A stretch of 64,000 nucleotides of DNA, from the NCBI GenBank assembly GCA_017397825.1, contig JAFQHT010000145.1, forward strand, positions 1,024-65,023. The letters are read 5' to 3'. A model generated the notes under the pieces. It did no database searches. It was not told the DNA's origin and worked only from the letters and a program-made list of their open reading frames with translations. The stretch comes from Bacillota bacterium (GTDB lineage Bacteria; Bacillota; Clostridia; Peptostreptococcales; Anaerovoracaceae). Below are positions 24,875 through 35,030 of this stretch, one piece after another. Position numbers and translations under genes: made by a program. Position 1 is the first letter of the stretch. Every line of letters begins with the position of its first letter.

Positions 24875-27208
24875 TTACGTATTCCTTTCCCCCGGCTTGG
24901 TAGTCATGAGCCGGTAAAGTTCCGTATTCTTCGGGAAATGATTCTCAAAAGGAACCATGGTATGTCCCACCTTCAGCAGCCCATGGCCTTCCGGCACATT
25001 GGTGATGTAAGATAGCTGCCTTTCGGAAATGTGCAGCAGCTTCGCCAGTTCTTGCCGGTCTGTCGGTGCCTGATTCATCATGATGATAAACTCGGAATTA
25101 GACAGCATAAGCCGTGCTGTCTGAGACCGCAGCACTTCCTCCAGATTTTGCGTGATACCGGTGCAGTACGCCCCGTATTTTCTGACGCGTTTCCACAGCG
25201 TAGCTAAGAACTGACCGGAATACTCATGTTGAAAGAGAATGTAGAATTCATCGATGAAGATGAAGGTCTGCTTCCCCTCCTGCCGGTTCCGGGTAATCCG
25301 ATTCAGGATGCTGTCCAGGACCACCAGAATGCCTACACCCATCAGCTGCTTACCCAGTTCATGAATATCATAGCTGATGAACCGGCTGGTGGTATTCACG
25401 TTGGTCTGCTGTGCGAAGGTATTGAGAGAACCTCTTGTGAAAATCTCCAGTTCCAAAGCCAGGTCTTTTGCCTCCTGTTCTGGCTGCCGAAGAAGGTCCT
25501 CTCTGAAATCATCCAGTGTCGGTGGGTCGCCCTCATACCCACGCATCCGGTACGGCTGGTAGATATGCTCTACGCAGCGGTCGATGATGGACTTCTGCCC
25601 CCTGGTGAACTGATTACCGGTTATAATCTGCTCACAGAGTGATTGTAGAAACTGAGACTTCTCCGCAATTGGATCCTTTTCACCATAATACTTGTTGATG
25701 TCCATGGCGTTGATGTGGTTATCACTGGTAGCTGAAATCTCGATAACCTCACCACCGAATGCCCTCACAAAATCCGTATACTCCCGGTCCGGATCGATGA
25801 CGATTACATCCGCATCGGTTGCCAGGACAAAGTTAATCAGCTCACTCTTTGCCATGAAAGACTTACCAGAGCCGGATACACCCAGAATAAAAGAGTTACC
25901 ATTTAAGAGCTGCCGCCTGTCAGCCACAATCATGTTCTGACTGATGGCGTTCTGTCCGTAGTAGATGCCGTGGTCGTGGGTCACTTCCTGGACATGAAAC
26001 GGCATGAACGCAGAAAGTGATTCCGTGGTGAAAGTCCGGAGAGCATCGATTTTGCGGTGTCCTGCAGGGAGCACCGTATTCAGACCATCCAGTTGCTGAA
26101 AGTGCAGTACACCCATCTGGCAATGACGCGCCTGGATGATATTCTGCAGCATACTGGTGTCTGCATCAAGCTGCTTCTTATCGTCTGCAGTATGAACCAG
26201 TGTCACTACCGCCAGCATCATCTGCTGATCCCTCATGGTCAGGTCGTCCAGGAACTCCTTGCTCTCCTTCATCTGTTGCTCCATGTCGTAAGGCACGATG
26301 GCACCGAAATTGTTATTGGCGTTCTGCTTCCGCTGCCAGTTGGTGATGTTGGTGGCAACTCCCAGAAGCCGGTTTTCCGCTTCCTTGATGGCCTCCTCCA
26401 TGGGCACCGGCAGCACATCGATGGAAAGCATCATATTCTGATTCAGTCCGGTCAGCTCAGCCACTAACGTGTCCTTCAGATAGGCGCCTACGTCCTTGAT
26501 GAAAATTACCCTGCCGAACCGGCTGCCGATTTTGAAATAGTCATGGTGCAGTTCCATTCCATCCGGGCAGATATAGTCTTTAAAGCTGTGGCCTTTCTTC
26601 CGGCTGTCCTTCAGATCAAACTCGAAGTGGTCCTCTTCCCCGGCACGGTAAAAGTCATGCAGTATCTTCAGCCGTTCATGACCATCCAGTTCCAGGCACC
26701 GGCATCCCAGCCTTGAAAGCCTTGCCGTCAACTCTGTACCACTTCGCTTAAAAAAGGTACGTGCTTCCTCAATGCTATTCTTATGCACCGACATGGTGAT
26801 ATATTTTTCCTGGATGATAGAATTGTTCCCTGCAGCCTTTGCAAGCAGCATCTCGTTGTACTCCTGGCGGTATGCGTCCAGTTCATCTCCCTTCATCTGC
26901 AGCAGAATTTTATCCTCAAAATCCCCACGGCTGAATCTTCGGTTGTTTATGGTTATTTTAGTGGTCGCACTGCTGTCGAAGGAGTTCAGCAGCGCGCCGT
27001 ATGCCTTTATGGTTTCAATCCGTTCTTCATCAGACAGTACATCGTAGTTGATATCTGTGAACAGCCATGACTTGCTGTACTTGTTCCTTGCAATCTGAAA
27101 GACTCCGTCCTCCCAGACGGACCTTACAGGCACTGCGTCTTGAACTGAACGGGGAACTTTCACTCGTTCCCTATCTTTCTTCATAGTGTTTCTTATTGAT
27201 TTCAGCAT
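24875..27208 (-). CDS. VirB4-like conjugal transfer ATPase
   Basis: 777 aa. Walker A GVSGSGKSF and a Walker B/DEF region (FIFIDEFY). The position in the T4SS module fits. Confidence 0.9.
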   Translation of the reverse strand: MLKSIRNTMKKDRERVKVPRSVQDAVPVRSVWEDGVFQIARNKYSKSWLFTDINYDVLSDEERIETIKAYGALLNSFDSSATTKITINNRRFSRGDFEDKILLQMKGDELDAYRQEYNEMLLAKAAGNNSIIQEKYITMSVHKNSIEEARTFFKRSGTELTARLSRLGCRCLELDGHERLKILHDFYRAGEEDHFEFDLKDSRKKGHSFKDYICPDGMELHHDYFKIGSRFGRVIFIKDVGAYLKDTLVAELTGLNQNMMLSIDVLPVPMEEAIKEAENRLLGVATNITNWQRKQNANNNFGAIVPYDMEQQMKESKEFLDDLTMRDQQMMLAVVTLVHTADDKKQLDADTSMLQNIIQARHCQMGVLHFQQLDGLNTVLPAGHRKIDALRTFTTESLSAFMPFHVQEVTHDHGIYYGQNAISQNMIVADRRQLLNGNSFILGVSGSGKSFMAKSELINFVLATDADVIVIDPDREYTDFVRAFGGEVIEISATSDNHINAMDINKYYGEKDPIAEKSQFLQSLCEQIITGNQFTRGQKSIIDRCVEHIYQPYRMRGYEGDPPTLDDFREDLLRQPEQEAKDLALELEIFTRGSLNTFAQQTNVNTTSRFISYDIHELGKQLMGVGILVVLDSILNRITRNRQEGKQTFIFIDEFYILFQHEYSGQFLATLWKRVRKYGAYCTGITQNLEEVLRSQTARLMLSNSEFIIMMNQAPTDRQELAKLLHISERQLSYITNVPEGHGLLKVGHTMVPFENHFPKNTELYRLMTTKPGERNT

Positions 27209-27537
27209 TTCTTCCTGCCTCCCATCAGGTCATAGTAAAGGTTGCTTCCCCGGTATGGCAGCTTCTTCGGTGTCAGTACCGCCGACTTGATTACCGCCCA
27301 AATTACCTGCTCCGCTGCCATGCCGTTATATTTTGCAAAGCCCATGACGCCGAAGGGGAACACCCCCAGCATACAGGCCCAGGACACAGCCTCAGTACCC
27401 AGCTGCCCCCGCAACAGAAAGTACAGTGCTACCGATACCAGGCAGCCCAGGGCAGAAAAAAAGAACTGTCTAAGCGACAGTCCGAAAAACATACTTTCCG
27501 TATAGGTACGGATATCTTTATTCATTTTAATTTCCAT
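27202..27537 (-). CDS. PrgI-like small conjugation membrane protein
   Basis: 111 aa with two TM helices, overlapping the virB4 start. The family is assigned by context and memory. Confidence 0.55.
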   Translation of the reverse strand: MEIKMNKDIRTYTESMFFGLSLRQFFFSALGCLVSVALYFLLRGQLGTEAVSWACMLGVFPFGVMGFAKYNGMAAEQVIWAVIKSAVLTPKKLPYRGSNLYYDLMGGRKKC

Positions 27538-27548
27538 TGTTTCACTCC

Positions 27549-28385
27549 TTACAGCCCCATCATTTCCCGGACCACGTGATCCGCCATTTTAATGGTACCT
27601 ACCAGCACCAGCATATTAAAGACCAGTTCTGCGATGTATGACCAGACCATGGTGACCACACTGGCCGTTGCATCCACCACCGGCGGCGATGATGCAAAAA
27701 AGGAGAAGATAACACACGCCAACATGATGATGGCTCCTTCCAGGCACACTCCGGTGTATGATTTGATAAAGCTGATCCCAACCTGTTGTGTTGGCTCACC
27801 AGCAAAGGCAGCCAGCGGCAGCGGTGCGATGGCAGTGTATAGGTACAACTTAAAAAACCGTCCGTAGACGGTCAGAATCATAATAAAGGACAGTACCGTA
27901 ATCAGAAGGCTTCCAATCAGCGTCACTGCCCAAAGCGGTATAGACTCCAGGAAGCTGCAGTCTTCGATAGCTGTTATCATCTCCGGCGGCAGCATGGCCT
28001 GATCTGCTCCTCCTATTCCAGAGGACTTCATGATAGTCCCCACCACACCCTGCAGGATGCTGAAGATTGCCAGCATCAGCTCCAGTCCGTAGGTCACCAC
28101 CCCTTTTGCCAGGATAAACCGCAGGAAAAGCTGGATGGCCTGTTCCGGCCGCTTCAGTTCCGACAGGCTGCTGCAGGTCTTCATGACCCCGGTTAGAAAG
28201 AACAGCACCAGAAGTGCCAGGCCAATAGCCTGAATCCCACTGTGTACGTCCAGTATCACCGCCCATATCCTGCCACCCTTAAACTCCTCCGGCGACACCG
28301 TCAGCAGCGTCCATATCTCCTGTAGCTTCTCGTTCCAGGTCGCCAGAGCCTTCTGCAGGTTCTGCACCACCCAGTTGTCCGACAT
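27549..28385 (-). CDS. VirB6/TrbL-like polytopic conjugation channel protein
   Basis: 278 aa with multiple TM helices, conserved in position upstream of the PrgI-like and VirB4 genes. Confidence 0.6.
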   Translation of the reverse strand: MSDNWVVQNLQKALATWNEKLQEIWTLLTVSPEEFKGGRIWAVILDVHSGIQAIGLALLVLFFLTGVMKTCSSLSELKRPEQAIQLFLRFILAKGVVTYGLELMLAIFSILQGVVGTIMKSSGIGGADQAMLPPEMITAIEDCSFLESIPLWAVTLIGSLLITVLSFIMILTVYGRFFKLYLYTAIAPLPLAAFAGEPTQQVGISFIKSYTGVCLEGAIIMLACVIFSFFASSPPVVDATASVVTMVWSYIAELVFNMLVLVGTIKMADHVVREMMGL

Positions 28386-28454
28386 AAAATCACCTCCTTT
28401 TCTTCAAAAAGTAGAAAATCGCCATCCGAGGATGACGATTCTAAATTCTTGTAT

Positions 28455-29366
28455 TTACTTCTTATCGAAGATTCCACTGTTAATGATCTTCTGTACTGCT
28501 TCTTTCGCCTCGGAATATTTAACTTCCTCAAAAAGCAATCCTGAAGTAATTGTTTCATAATCATTCTTATAGATATCCTGATCTATAATTTCCTGAATCA
28601 ATGCCTTGAGGTCAATCCCATCCTGCGCAGAAAGACATGCCTGATGGTGTTTTCTTTCTTCTGCAACTTCCTTAACTAGTTCTCTCATCTCAGAATTCAG
28701 CTCAACTACCCCAGATAACTTATACAAGTCATAGAGATGCCTTGAGTGTTCTGTCACCTTATTATCAAGATAATAATCCCCTAAAGCAAACACTTTATCA
28801 ATCAAAGTACGTTCTTTAGATTGCACATTCAGTTCAAATGGCTGCAGTCCATACTCTTCTATCAGTTGGTCGAATCCAGACTTCTGCAGATAATCATGAA
28901 TAAAGCTTGAAGCATTCATGCGAACCGAAGGATAGGCACGGATATATACTGACGTTTCAACAATAAGATTTTCTTTCAGATACTGCGTGCCAAATACTGT
29001 TTCATAATCTACAATGTATTTGTTATAGGAACGTCTGCTTCGTACATCATCCGGATTGGTTAGTGTAAATCCGAAAGCATCTATAACAGAAACGATTGCC
29101 TCCTTCAGCTTTTTTCTCTGCCCTTCTGTTGGCTTATTCTCCGTATCAATATTTAAGTCGATATCCTCAGAGAAACGATGAATCAGCTTATGGCATTTAG
29201 ATAAAGAGGTTCCGCCTTTAAAAATGATATCAGGATACACCTTCACTATTTCTTTCAGGAATAACGTAACATAATAATCCTTTTCAATAATTGCCGGATT
29301 AATTCCCAAGTCATCAGCCGTTCTCAATATTACCTGTTCAAACAAATCTTTATTATTGTGCAACAC
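28455..29366 (-). CDS. AbiEii/AbiGii-family nucleotidyltransferase toxin
   Basis: IFKGGTSLSKCHKLIHRFSEDIDL motif, typical of DUF1814/AbiEii. 303 aa. Confidence 0.7.
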   Translation of the reverse strand: MLHNNKDLFEQVILRTADDLGINPAIIEKDYYVTLFLKEIVKVYPDIIFKGGTSLSKCHKLIHRFSEDIDLNIDTENKPTEGQRKKLKEAIVSVIDAFGFTLTNPDDVRSRRSYNKYIVDYETVFGTQYLKENLIVETSVYIRAYPSVRMNASSFIHDYLQKSGFDQLIEEYGLQPFELNVQSKERTLIDKVFALGDYYLDNKVTEHSRHLYDLYKLSGVVELNSEMRELVKEVAEERKHHQACLSAQDGIDLKALIQEIIDQDIYKNDYETITSGLLFEEVKYSEAKEAVQKIINSGIFDKK

Positions 29367-29973
29367 TGTAAATCAACTCACTTTCTACCAGATTACGGAT
29401 TGCTTTGTCAGGAAACAATGGAGCATACTGTGAAATATCTTTGCGGTTAATACCATTGTCTTTAATATACTCTACCAAAATCCCTTGTTTTTCATTATCA
29501 ATAAATCCTGATGGTATAGAATTCATTAATTCTAAAAAGCTAAGCACAGCAACATTTTCACGGTTTACATCTGTTCTGGATTTACGCAATAGAACCTTTT
29601 GCTTACCTACCATCATGTCACGAACATTTGAAGTCTCCTTATTTGTATAGACCTCAATGACATTAGACATTTGTGTGGTTAAACGGAGCTGATTCAAAAA
29701 TGTAATTCCTGAATAGTATCCAATTATCTGCTCACCATCAAAAATATACTTTTTCTCAATAATTTTATTTGGATTAAGGATACTTGGTCCAAAAATAGTC
29801 TCTTCTGGAATATAATAAAGCCCACGTTCAAAGCGGATAATTTTATTTACACTGCAAAGCTTATTTAATTCTTTGTAAATCCATGGTCTAGAATAATCCA
29901 TGTACTCTATATCCGAAGTAAAAAAAGGATTGTTTTTCCCAAACTTATCACATAGATAATTGTATAAACTCAC
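29353..29973 (-). CDS. AbiEi-type antitoxin/transcriptional regulator
   Basis: 206 aa. It overlaps the AbiEii start by 14 nt. The N-terminal wHTH-like region and gene order (antitoxin first) fit. Confidence 0.55.
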   Translation of the reverse strand: MSLYNYLCDKFGKNNPFFTSDIEYMDYSRPWIYKELNKLCSVNKIIRFERGLYYIPEETIFGPSILNPNKIIEKKYIFDGEQIIGYYSGITFLNQLRLTTQMSNVIEVYTNKETSNVRDMMVGKQKVLLRKSRTDVNRENVAVLSFLELMNSIPSGFIDNEKQGILVEYIKDNGINRKDISQYAPLFPDKAIRNLVESELIYSVAQ

Positions 29974-30230
29974 TTGAACGCACCTCGCTTTCTATTAGTA
30001 TTATATTCGTTCACAGTGAAATTATACTTCATTTTACTCTATATGTCAATTTTAATATATTTTCATTAATTCGCTCATTTAACTAAATTGCTTCACCTTT
30101 ATTAATTACTCAAATTTGATAAAATTTTTCTATACAAATTTCACTTAATTTATCGAATTTTGCAAACAACTAAAATTTTACTCAAAAATAACTCAAATTC
30201 CATTTTAGTTATTTTTATAAATTTTATCAT

Positions 30231-30569
30231 TTACCCCGCAATCATATTCACAATCTCTTTTGCAAAAGTGATAATAATCCCGCCAGCTACAGTCAAAATC
30301 CCATTTGCTCTCTGTGATGGATCATGGCCTTTCAGTGAAAGCCCCACCTGCACGATACCAAGCCCAATCATAATCATTCCTACAGCTCTTACCAGGGAAA
30401 ACATAAAGTCCGAAAGATTGTTCACCACCGCAATTGGATCAGAAGTACCGCCGGATGCAAACGCTGCATCAGACCAACATAATGCCAAAATAACTGCAGC
30501 TATTATGTACAGCGAATATCTCTGTTTTTTAGGTTTCTTCATAAAAATAGGCTTATTCGTATTCTTCAT
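30231..30569 (-). CDS. Maff2-family small conjugation membrane protein
   Basis: Signal/TM segment (YSLYIIAAVILALCWSDAAFA) plus a C-terminal TM pair. It sits immediately downstream of virD4. The start is uncertain (30569 or 30542). Confidence 0.55.
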   Translation of the reverse strand: MKNTNKPIFMKKPKKQRYSLYIIAAVILALCWSDAAFASGGTSDPIAVVNNLSDFMFSLVRAVGMIMIGLGIVQVGLSLKGHDPSQRANGILTVAGGIIITFAKEIVNMIAG

Positions 30570-32280
30570 TTTTACTAACCTCCGTAATATAGATTGTTCC
30601 AACTGCATGGCTCACCTGACCATGCTTGTATACTTTTTTTCCGCCATCTGCTGTCTTCTTCAGATTCGGATGCCGCAAAATATCATACTTTCTGTCACGC
30701 ACCGGTCTTTCACCACGTATAAACAGCAGCGCATCCCGGTTGTCCAGCATCCGTACTTCGTCCGGTGACAGCAATTCACGGCCACTGTTTTGGTAATTGG
30801 TCGAATAGCTTCCACTCCTGCCACTGGTCTTCCCGAACGTGTTGGTATCAATAGTTTCCTTTCCTAAAAGCTCACTGACATATTTATGTGTTCCCTGCTC
30901 ATTGCCACCCAAGTACAGAAAAGTATCACAGTTACCTACAATCGACTCCCACTGTTTCTCAAAAAGTGCCTTCAGCTGGGCCAGGTTCTGCAGGATGATA
31001 GACACAGAGACTTCACGTGAACGCATGACAGAAAGAATTTTGTCAAAGTCATCCGGCAGCGACACATTGGCAAACTCATCCATGACGAAATGACAGTGCA
31101 CCGGAAGGCTGCCACCGTATTTGTGGTCCGCAATGTAAAACAGCTGCTGAAAGAGCTGGGTGTACAATATGCTGACCAGAAAATTGAACGATGTATCGTT
31201 ATCCGGTATCAGCGCAAAGAGTGCCACCTTCTTTTCACCCAATGAAGGCAGATTCAGTTCATCTGTCATGGTCAGACCGGCCAGGCTCTCCAGATTGAAC
31301 TTCTCCAGTCTGGATGCCAGGGTAATCTGAATGGATTTCAAGGTCTTCGCTGATCCACTGCGGTAGTCCCGGTAATACTTCACGGCGATATGACCAGGCT
31401 TTTTCTCCTCCAAATCGAAAAACAGATTATCCAAATCACTCGGTCTGTCGCCGTCCTCCTCGCTCACATCACCGGCCCGTAGCAGTTCCAGTACCATGGC
31501 GAAGTTTTGCTCTTCCTCCGGAGCCTCATATTTCAAATAAAACATCAGTGCCATCAGAAGCATACTAGCCGATGTATCCCAAAACGGGTCGTTGCTTTGG
31601 CTGCCCTTTGGAGTGGTACTTTTGAACAGATTAGTAACCAAACGCTGCACATCGTTATCCGTCTGCAGATACACAAACGGATTGTAGCAGTGGCTCTTCT
31701 CCATATTTATCAAATCCAGTACGCGGATTTCATATCCTTCTTCCTCCAGCAGGTACCCCAGGTCCCGCAAAATTTCTCCTTTCGGATCCAGTATCACAAA
31801 GGACGTATTGGCCTGCATAATGTTAGGCTTACAGTAAAACCTGGTTTTCCCTGCACCGCTGCCACCGATGACCAGCACGTTCAGGTTACGCAGATGGATT
31901 TTGCCGTTTAATCCAAGCCTTACGTTCTGTGTCAGCAAAAGGTTCGCGGACTTGGGCTTCTGCAGATATTTTTTATTTATTTCTGCAGGACTTCCCCACC
32001 GAGCAGAACCATGTTCCTCTCCTCGCCGGTAATTCTTTCTGGTACTGAAATACAAAGCCATCCCAAAAACATACACAAAAAGAAACAGAACCACTGATTT
32101 CAGGCTGTCACTACACAGCTCAACTCTCAGTGGCTCTATATTCCCTTTTGCTATTTCGGCTATAAAATCAATCAGCCCATCTTCAAAATACGGCGCGAAA
32201 ATCAGTCCCAGCCAGACTGCAGCCGGAATACCTGCCAGTGTAAGCAGAATAGATTCCACCCGACTACCTTTCCCTGTCAT
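30553..32280 (-). CDS. VirD4/TraG-type type-IV coupling protein
   Basis: N-terminal TM helices. Walker A VIGGSGAGKTRF. Walker B-like CHFVMDEFAN. Confidence 0.9.
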   Translation of the reverse strand: MTGKGSRVESILLTLAGIPAAVWLGLIFAPYFEDGLIDFIAEIAKGNIEPLRVELCSDSLKSVVLFLFVYVFGMALYFSTRKNYRRGEEHGSARWGSPAEINKKYLQKPKSANLLLTQNVRLGLNGKIHLRNLNVLVIGGSGAGKTRFYCKPNIMQANTSFVILDPKGEILRDLGYLLEEEGYEIRVLDLINMEKSHCYNPFVYLQTDNDVQRLVTNLFKSTTPKGSQSNDPFWDTSASMLLMALMFYLKYEAPEEEQNFAMVLELLRAGDVSEEDGDRPSDLDNLFFDLEEKKPGHIAVKYYRDYRSGSAKTLKSIQITLASRLEKFNLESLAGLTMTDELNLPSLGEKKVALFALIPDNDTSFNFLVSILYTQLFQQLFYIADHKYGGSLPVHCHFVMDEFANVSLPDDFDKILSVMRSREVSVSIILQNLAQLKALFEKQWESIVGNCDTFLYLGGNEQGTHKYVSELLGKETIDTNTFGKTSGRSGSYSTNYQNSGRELLSPDEVRMLDNRDALLFIRGERPVRDRKYDILRHPNLKKTADGGKKVYKHGQVSHAVGTIYITEVSKNEEYE

Positions 32281-32833
32281 AAGATACCTTACCTTTCTGG
32301 GTACGCTGCTGTCTCATTGATTTAAGCTTTGCTTTTACCGATGTTCGGTTCACCTTATCTTCCCCGTCTTTGATACGGGTCGTATCGCGCTGCCTGTAAC
32401 CTGTTTCGGACCGAAGGTCTTCTCTGGTCCTTGACTGGTTTGGGCGTGATTTTTCCTTTACTGTAGCCAAGTCAAAACGCTCAATAATGCGGTTAATCTT
32501 CGGAGCATCTTCTGCCCTTGTAATTATATCAATTACCGGATTATCAGAATCACCCCTGTCCTTGATATCGCTGTAGAGCACACCATACCTCTTTGCCTCC
32601 CGCTTGAAGGCTGCGAGGTCTTCTTCCGGAATGCTGAACACGGTCAGCTCCCTGCCAGACTTAATCAGGCTGGTCAGGCTGGTCTTACCAAGAGTCTGTT
32701 TTTCTTCTTTAATGGCTGCCGCCAGCAGTACTGCCAGATTCTTTGCCCCGGTTCCGCTGACACGCAGTACCACTTCCATGCCTTCCAGCGACAAACGAAC
32801 CATCTGCTCTGCCGCATCTGCTCCATGCATCAT
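32264..32833 (-). CDS. PcfB-like (DUF3801) conjugation protein
   Basis: 189 aa between the relaxase and coupling protein genes, overlapping both. The family is recalled from comparable ICEs. Confidence 0.5.
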   Translation of the reverse strand: MMHGADAAEQMVRLSLEGMEVVLRVSGTGAKNLAVLLAAAIKEEKQTLGKTSLTSLIKSGRELTVFSIPEEDLAAFKREAKRYGVLYSDIKDRGDSDNPVIDIITRAEDAPKINRIIERFDLATVKEKSRPNQSRTREDLRSETGYRQRDTTRIKDGEDKVNRTSVKAKLKSMRQQRTQKGKVSYDRER

Positions 32834-34185
32834 TTTATCATCTCCTCTCGCTTCATATTTTTTTCATCTTCTCGTGTTGACTGAATTTTCTCCTTCATCT
32901 TCTGACTCCTGGAAGAAATCCGGTCACAAATCACCACCTGCCGTCTGCTGTCCTTCATCTGCTCTTTCAGTTTCTCTATCTCAGACTGCAGTTCTGACTT
33001 TTTTGTAGCTGTCGTACTTCTTCTCATTTTCAGATTACGAAGCTTCCGAATCTCTGCCTCCGTCATAAAGACCTTCTCATACATAGCCTTACGGTAATCA
33101 AAAAGCTGCTGCAGGTCATCAATTTGATGTTCCTGAAGCAGCCTCACTTCTATAGACAGCTCATTCAATTTTAACAAATCATCTCTCAGTGCCGGTGACA
33201 CCTGATAAGGTTTCAGCCTCCGCTTCGGCAAATAGCCCAGCAGATAACAGTAATGGTAGTAAAGACCCCTGAGACCAGAGATTTTGCGGTGTCTGGATTT
33301 TTTGCATAGGCCAGAAGAATAGCTTCGTCGATAATATTTGCACTCGGCAAGATGCAGCATCCCTTTTCGAACTTCCGGAGGATTATCCCGCAGCCTCTGC
33401 CGAATCTGGTCATTGCTGTACTCCTCACCCATGCGAATCAGGCGAATTGGACGCTTCCAGTCCTGCTGCCGGATGGTCCAGTACTTCCGGTTCTCGTTGA
33501 ACTGGCAGATATACCCCATGACCGACAGGTGGTACTTCAGCTCCCGCAGGTTGCAGCTGACCGACAAAGCAGCCTCGACGGCCTCTCTTGCAATATTCAG
33601 CCTGGTCGGTGCCCCCTCCCGCTCTGCCTTCGCCAACTGGTATGGTATTCCTCGGCCATGACGTTCCACCACATTCAGTCGATACTTGCTGCAGATTTCG
33701 TCATTGATTTTGGAAATATCCGTCCACTGTTTCTGTCTGCACCGCTTCCCGTCCAGGTAAGACACAGAATTCACGACAAAATGATTATGCAGACACTTGG
33801 TATTCAGATGGGTTGCCACGACCACCTGAAACCCTTCTCCCCAAATCGTCTTCGCAAGTTCCACTCCAATCTCATGAGCCTCCTGCGGCGTCACTTCCCC
33901 TTCTGCAAAGCTCTGGTACCCGTGGTACGCAATGATGCCGCCCTCTTTTCCAAACTGCGTCTTCACCGTCTGAAACTGCTGCCGTGCAATTGCTGGATTG
34001 CAGTTCACACCTGATACATAGAATTTCTTCTCTGTCTTTTCTTCGTTCACTGCGTAGTTCATTACATCCTCCAGGCAGTCCAAATCCGGCTGCCGAAGGT
34101 CTGCATCAGTCTTCTCCGGGTTCATGGCATAATCGATGGAATGGTCAAGCCGTCCCCGTACCGGCCATATCTTCGTTACAGCCAT
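32830..34185 (-). CDS. MobA/VirD2-family relaxase
   Basis: N-terminal relaxase/mobilisation nuclease domain (MAVTKIWPVRGRLDHSIDYAMNPEKT; His cluster HLNTKCLHNHFVVNSV). C-terminal coiled coil. Confidence 0.85.
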   Translation of the reverse strand: MAVTKIWPVRGRLDHSIDYAMNPEKTDADLRQPDLDCLEDVMNYAVNEEKTEKKFYVSGVNCNPAIARQQFQTVKTQFGKEGGIIAYHGYQSFAEGEVTPQEAHEIGVELAKTIWGEGFQVVVATHLNTKCLHNHFVVNSVSYLDGKRCRQKQWTDISKINDEICSKYRLNVVERHGRGIPYQLAKAEREGAPTRLNIAREAVEAALSVSCNLRELKYHLSVMGYICQFNENRKYWTIRQQDWKRPIRLIRMGEEYSNDQIRQRLRDNPPEVRKGMLHLAECKYYRRSYSSGLCKKSRHRKISGLRGLYYHYCYLLGYLPKRRLKPYQVSPALRDDLLKLNELSIEVRLLQEHQIDDLQQLFDYRKAMYEKVFMTEAEIRKLRNLKMRRSTTATKKSELQSEIEKLKEQMKDSRRQVVICDRISSRSQKMKEKIQSTREDEKNMKREEMIK

Positions 34186-34505
34186 GATACCTTCTCCGGA
34201 GCCAGAAACCGCTCTTCAATGGCAAGCTGAAACTGATGCCACCGGTGGATTTCTTCATATAAAGCATCCGTATTCAACACTCTGTATTCCCCCAGCTGAC
34301 CTATGAAATTCTGAAGCTGCTCTGAAAACAGACTGACCTTGTTCATCGTTTCATAGAATTCCGCATCCGGTTTTTCTTTTGGTACCCGATTCTGCAGAAG
34401 CATACGAATGTACTCAGCTTCAGTCAGACAGGTCTTTTGTGCTGCAGCCTGCAGCAAAGTATTTTCTTCTTTCGTAAGCCATATCTGCTTTTTTACTTCA
34501 TTCAA
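34176..34505 (-). CDS. MobC-like relaxosome accessory protein
   Basis: 109 aa. The LTKEENTLLQAAAQKTCLTEAEYIRMLL ribbon-helix-helix-like segment overlaps the relaxase start. Confidence 0.65.
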   Translation of the reverse strand: MNEVKKQIWLTKEENTLLQAAAQKTCLTEAEYIRMLLQNRVPKEKPDAEFYETMNKVSLFSEQLQNFIGQLGEYRVLNTDALYEEIHRWHQFQLAIEERFLAPEKVSWL

Positions 34506-34616
34506 CAGTTCATCACTCCTCCCCGGGGTTTTAGGGGTATCCCCTGAGTCTTCCCTTTCGTACCAGGAGTAGAAAGGGTCTGCTTGCTAAGACAAAGAGG
34601 GAATTGCATAAAGCTA

Positions 34617-35030
34617 TTATCTCTCATAATCCCTGCTGTGTGGTTTCTTCTCCACTACTTCAACTCTCGACCACATTTTTACAAACTCCTCCGGATACCT
34701 GAAGCGTTCCATATAATTATCAATCTGTTCATCAGTAAGACTGGCAAAGGTATCGCTGTCTGCCGGTGCTCTGCAGATAAAGAAATCCCCTGCGATAATG
34801 TCATAGATTTCATCCCTGAGGTCATACAAGGCACGGTTCAGCGGCATTCCGAGGATTTTCCCTTCATCATTGCAAATCAATGCCGCATCATCATCGAACG
34901 GATAAATCGCCTGAATCAATCCTCCGCCTACCAGTCTCTGCATCTCTTCCAGCGTATGCTCAAATTCAATTATTTCCGGTTCTTCTCCTGGTTTAACCAG
35001 TACTGCCCGGATTATATCTTTTTCACTCAT
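34617..35030 (-). CDS. DUF3846-like protein (ICE accessory)
   Basis: 137 aa, acidic. The family name is recalled from similar ICEs and cannot be verified here. Confidence 0.4.
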   Translation of the reverse strand: MSEKDIIRAVLVKPGEEPEIIEFEHTLEEMQRLVGGGLIQAIYPFDDDAALICNDEGKILGMPLNRALYDLRDEIYDIIAGDFFICRAPADSDTFASLTDEQIDNYMERFRYPEEFVKMWSRVEVVEKKPHSRDYER

